Source: Eledone cirrhosa (lineage: Eukaryota). From it: DNA of 64,000 nucleotides. The notes under the pieces were generated by a model, which was not told the DNA's origin, did no database searches, and saw nothing but the letters and a program-made list of their open reading frames with translations. Where the stretch lies: the NCBI GenBank assembly GCA_964016885.1, contig OZ024743.1:311054001-311118000 (forward strand), read 5' to 3'. The position numbers and the translations under genes were made by a program. Below, one piece after another: positions 61,700 through 64,000 of the stretch (position 1 is the stretch's first letter; the number at the start of each line of letters is the position of its first letter).

Positions 61700-62360
61700 A
61701 AAATGAAACGAAATTTCATTTTTCACTCTTAGTACGGCTGTTATTTAAATTTAAATATAAGTATGTATATGTTCATAGATATATGTATACAGACGTACAG
61801 TAGTATGTATATATATATACATACATGCACACTTATATATATGTGCGTATGGATTTACCGAACATTTATTATAATGGTCGGTTTGTTTGTAAACAAACAT
61901 CCCGTTTTAAGCCGTACAGTGTTTAGCAACCCTCGTTGCCCCTTTGTTCAACACTGACAAAGGAACGATGTACTAGCTTCAAGCTTATTAACTATCGATA
62001 TGCGAATTAAGCTCACTCGATATGCAAATTAGGCTGTTCAGCCGTTAATATGCACAGGGAAAGTATATACTTTCAGACGTTCAATCATCTGGCAGGAAGG
62101 TATACGGTGCTGACGATTACTAATAAGCTTGAAACTAGTACATCGTTCCTTTGTCAGTGTTGAACAAAAGGGCAACGATGGTTGCTAAACACTGTACGGC
62201 TTAACTCGGGATGTTTGTTTACAAACAAACCGAGCATTATAATAAATGTTCGGTAAATCCATACGTACATATATATATATATGTGTGCATGTATGTATAT
62301 ATATATACATACTACTGTACGTCTGTATACATATATGTATGTACGTATAAATACTTATAT
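61700..62360. repeat. ORF-less fold-back, 6350-family, hammerhead at 62105-62145
   Basis: 61755-61990 is the reverse complement of ~62120-62358. Confidence 0.9.
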
Positions 62361-62781
62361 ATATGTGCGTTACACAGTCTTTTAAATTATTTAGAATTGA
62401 AGCATATCAATTTGTCCCTGGATGTTTACTGAGGAGAGCAGGACATGATATTCCTACACTGATTCATCTCGAAACATATTTGGATTTTAAAGTTTAAACT
62501 TATCTACGGAACAGGTTTGATTTTGAAATTTAAATGTGTCTAAACATCATAGCCATTTGGCAATGCAGTTCGTCTTTGTTGATTTATTATTTTAAATCGA
62601 TATGGACAAACTGTAGTATAATAATTAGTATACTTTATTCTGGCTAAATTTTCTTTTGCAATATAAATACAGATGTGTTGGTATCTGTGTTTCATCATAT
62701 ATATTAGTTTATACACGGCTCAGAGGTATTTCCTTCTTCGAGCTAATTCCATTGTAAAAGAATTCATTACACTTAATAATA

Positions 62782-62856
<75 letters not shown>

Positions 62857-62929
62857 ATATATATATATACGTATGTATGTGTGTATATATATATATGTAT
62901 ATATATATATATGTATATATGTATGTATG

Positions 62930-63002
<73 letters not shown>

Positions 63003-63009
63003 ATATATG

Positions 63010-63041
<32 letters not shown>

Positions 63042-63239
63042 CGTATGTATGTGTATGTATGCGTATATATATATATATATATAAGTGTGTATGTATGCGT
63101 ATATATATGTATATATAGATGTATGTGTATGTATGTGTATATATGTATAAATATATAGTATTATATTAGGAGGAGGTTATAGTTCACTTGAAGCATTGTG
63201 TAATGGGGTATAAACGTTTGAATATGTATAATAAAGCCA

Positions 63240-64000
63240 AAACAATGCAGGTATGGACATAGAAAAAAGAATGCAATTGCAAAAGATATTGTTGATAAAT
63301 CGTCTTTTACCTTAGATTTATTTAAATGTCCTTAATTTTCGAGATAATATCTCTTCTTCAGAGGGAAATAAAGGTCTCAAACCAGCGTTCTAAATATCTT
63401 ACCAAGCCATGCTGACAGGAAATAGTATAGAGTATCTGTTCTATCTCTAATGTCAAAGAGTTAAAATTATGTGGATAAAGAGTAGTTTCCCTTTAACAGG
63501 GGTTTGTTTAGGGTTTTTTTTTAATTAATTTTTTTTTTTTTATATACATGCCTGTTTAAGTGTGTGGGAGAATGCATGAAGGTGTAAGTATGTGAGTGTG
63601 TGTGTGTGAGTGTGAGAAGATAAGTCTATTCGTAACTGTGGGAGATAGGTGTTATCTGGTGTTAGAACTGGTTTTGTGTGTGTATGTGTGAGAGAGAATA
63701 AGTGGAGGTGTAAGCGTGTGTGTGTGTGGGGTGTGTAAATATGGGGCTAGAAGCCGTATCAGGTTATAAATTGGGTGCTGAGTTGTAGTCTATTATTGAT
63801 TGGTGGTTGTGTTTTATCTATAATTAGTGATTCCTTAATTCTAAGATTGCCGAGGTTTCTTTCCTTAGTTTCTATCCTAACTGTTATCGTTTTGTCGGTG
63901 TTTTTGCATTTAACTAGGTGTTTCTTAAATGAGGAAGCGTTAGTATTGAGGTGTTCTTTTATTCTTATGTGGAGTGGTCTGGTGGTGCTACCTACGTAGA
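63240..64000 (-). mobile_element. 3' end of a PLE running off the window (GIY-YIG ~63760-64000; hammerhead-like motif ~63329-63366)
   Basis: Minus strand: YVGSTTRPLHIRIKEHL..FKKHL..LRIKESLIIDKTQPPIN. Also cct-CTGAAGA-a gagat att atctc-GAAA-aTTA-agg. Confidence 0.8.

Overview
AT-rich eukaryotic (animal) genomic DNA, most likely intronic or intergenic sequence from a cephalopod such as Octopus. That assignment is an inference from the SINE families and the extreme (TA)n load. Almost all ORF-track entries are microsatellite artefacts. Real content: (i) about nine decayed Penelope-like retroelement (PLE; RT and/or C-terminal GIY-YIG) insertions from several lineages, mostly within or next to (TA)n tracts and often with an inverted 5' copy of their own 3' end; (ii) many ORF-less, tail-out fold-back or tandem repeats of PLE pseudo-LTR type; (iii) an R4/Dong-like non-LTR retrotransposon (RT-CCHC-REL endonuclease) split by a non-coding LTR element with a 4-bp TSD and a tRNA-Trp-like PBS; (iv) tRNA-derived SINE clusters; (v) one probable host exon of a zinc-peptidase-like gene on the minus strand. 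The main hidden signal, read by eye on both strands, is roughly 40 type I hammerhead ribozyme motifs from about 18-20 sequence-unrelated families. They include a 312-bp ORF-less tandem plus inverted array resembling a retrozyme, compensatory U3-A8 core variants, and palindromic or (TA)n helix III. Coordinates were counted by hand; repeat boundaries are approximate and no ribozyme activity is demonstrated.
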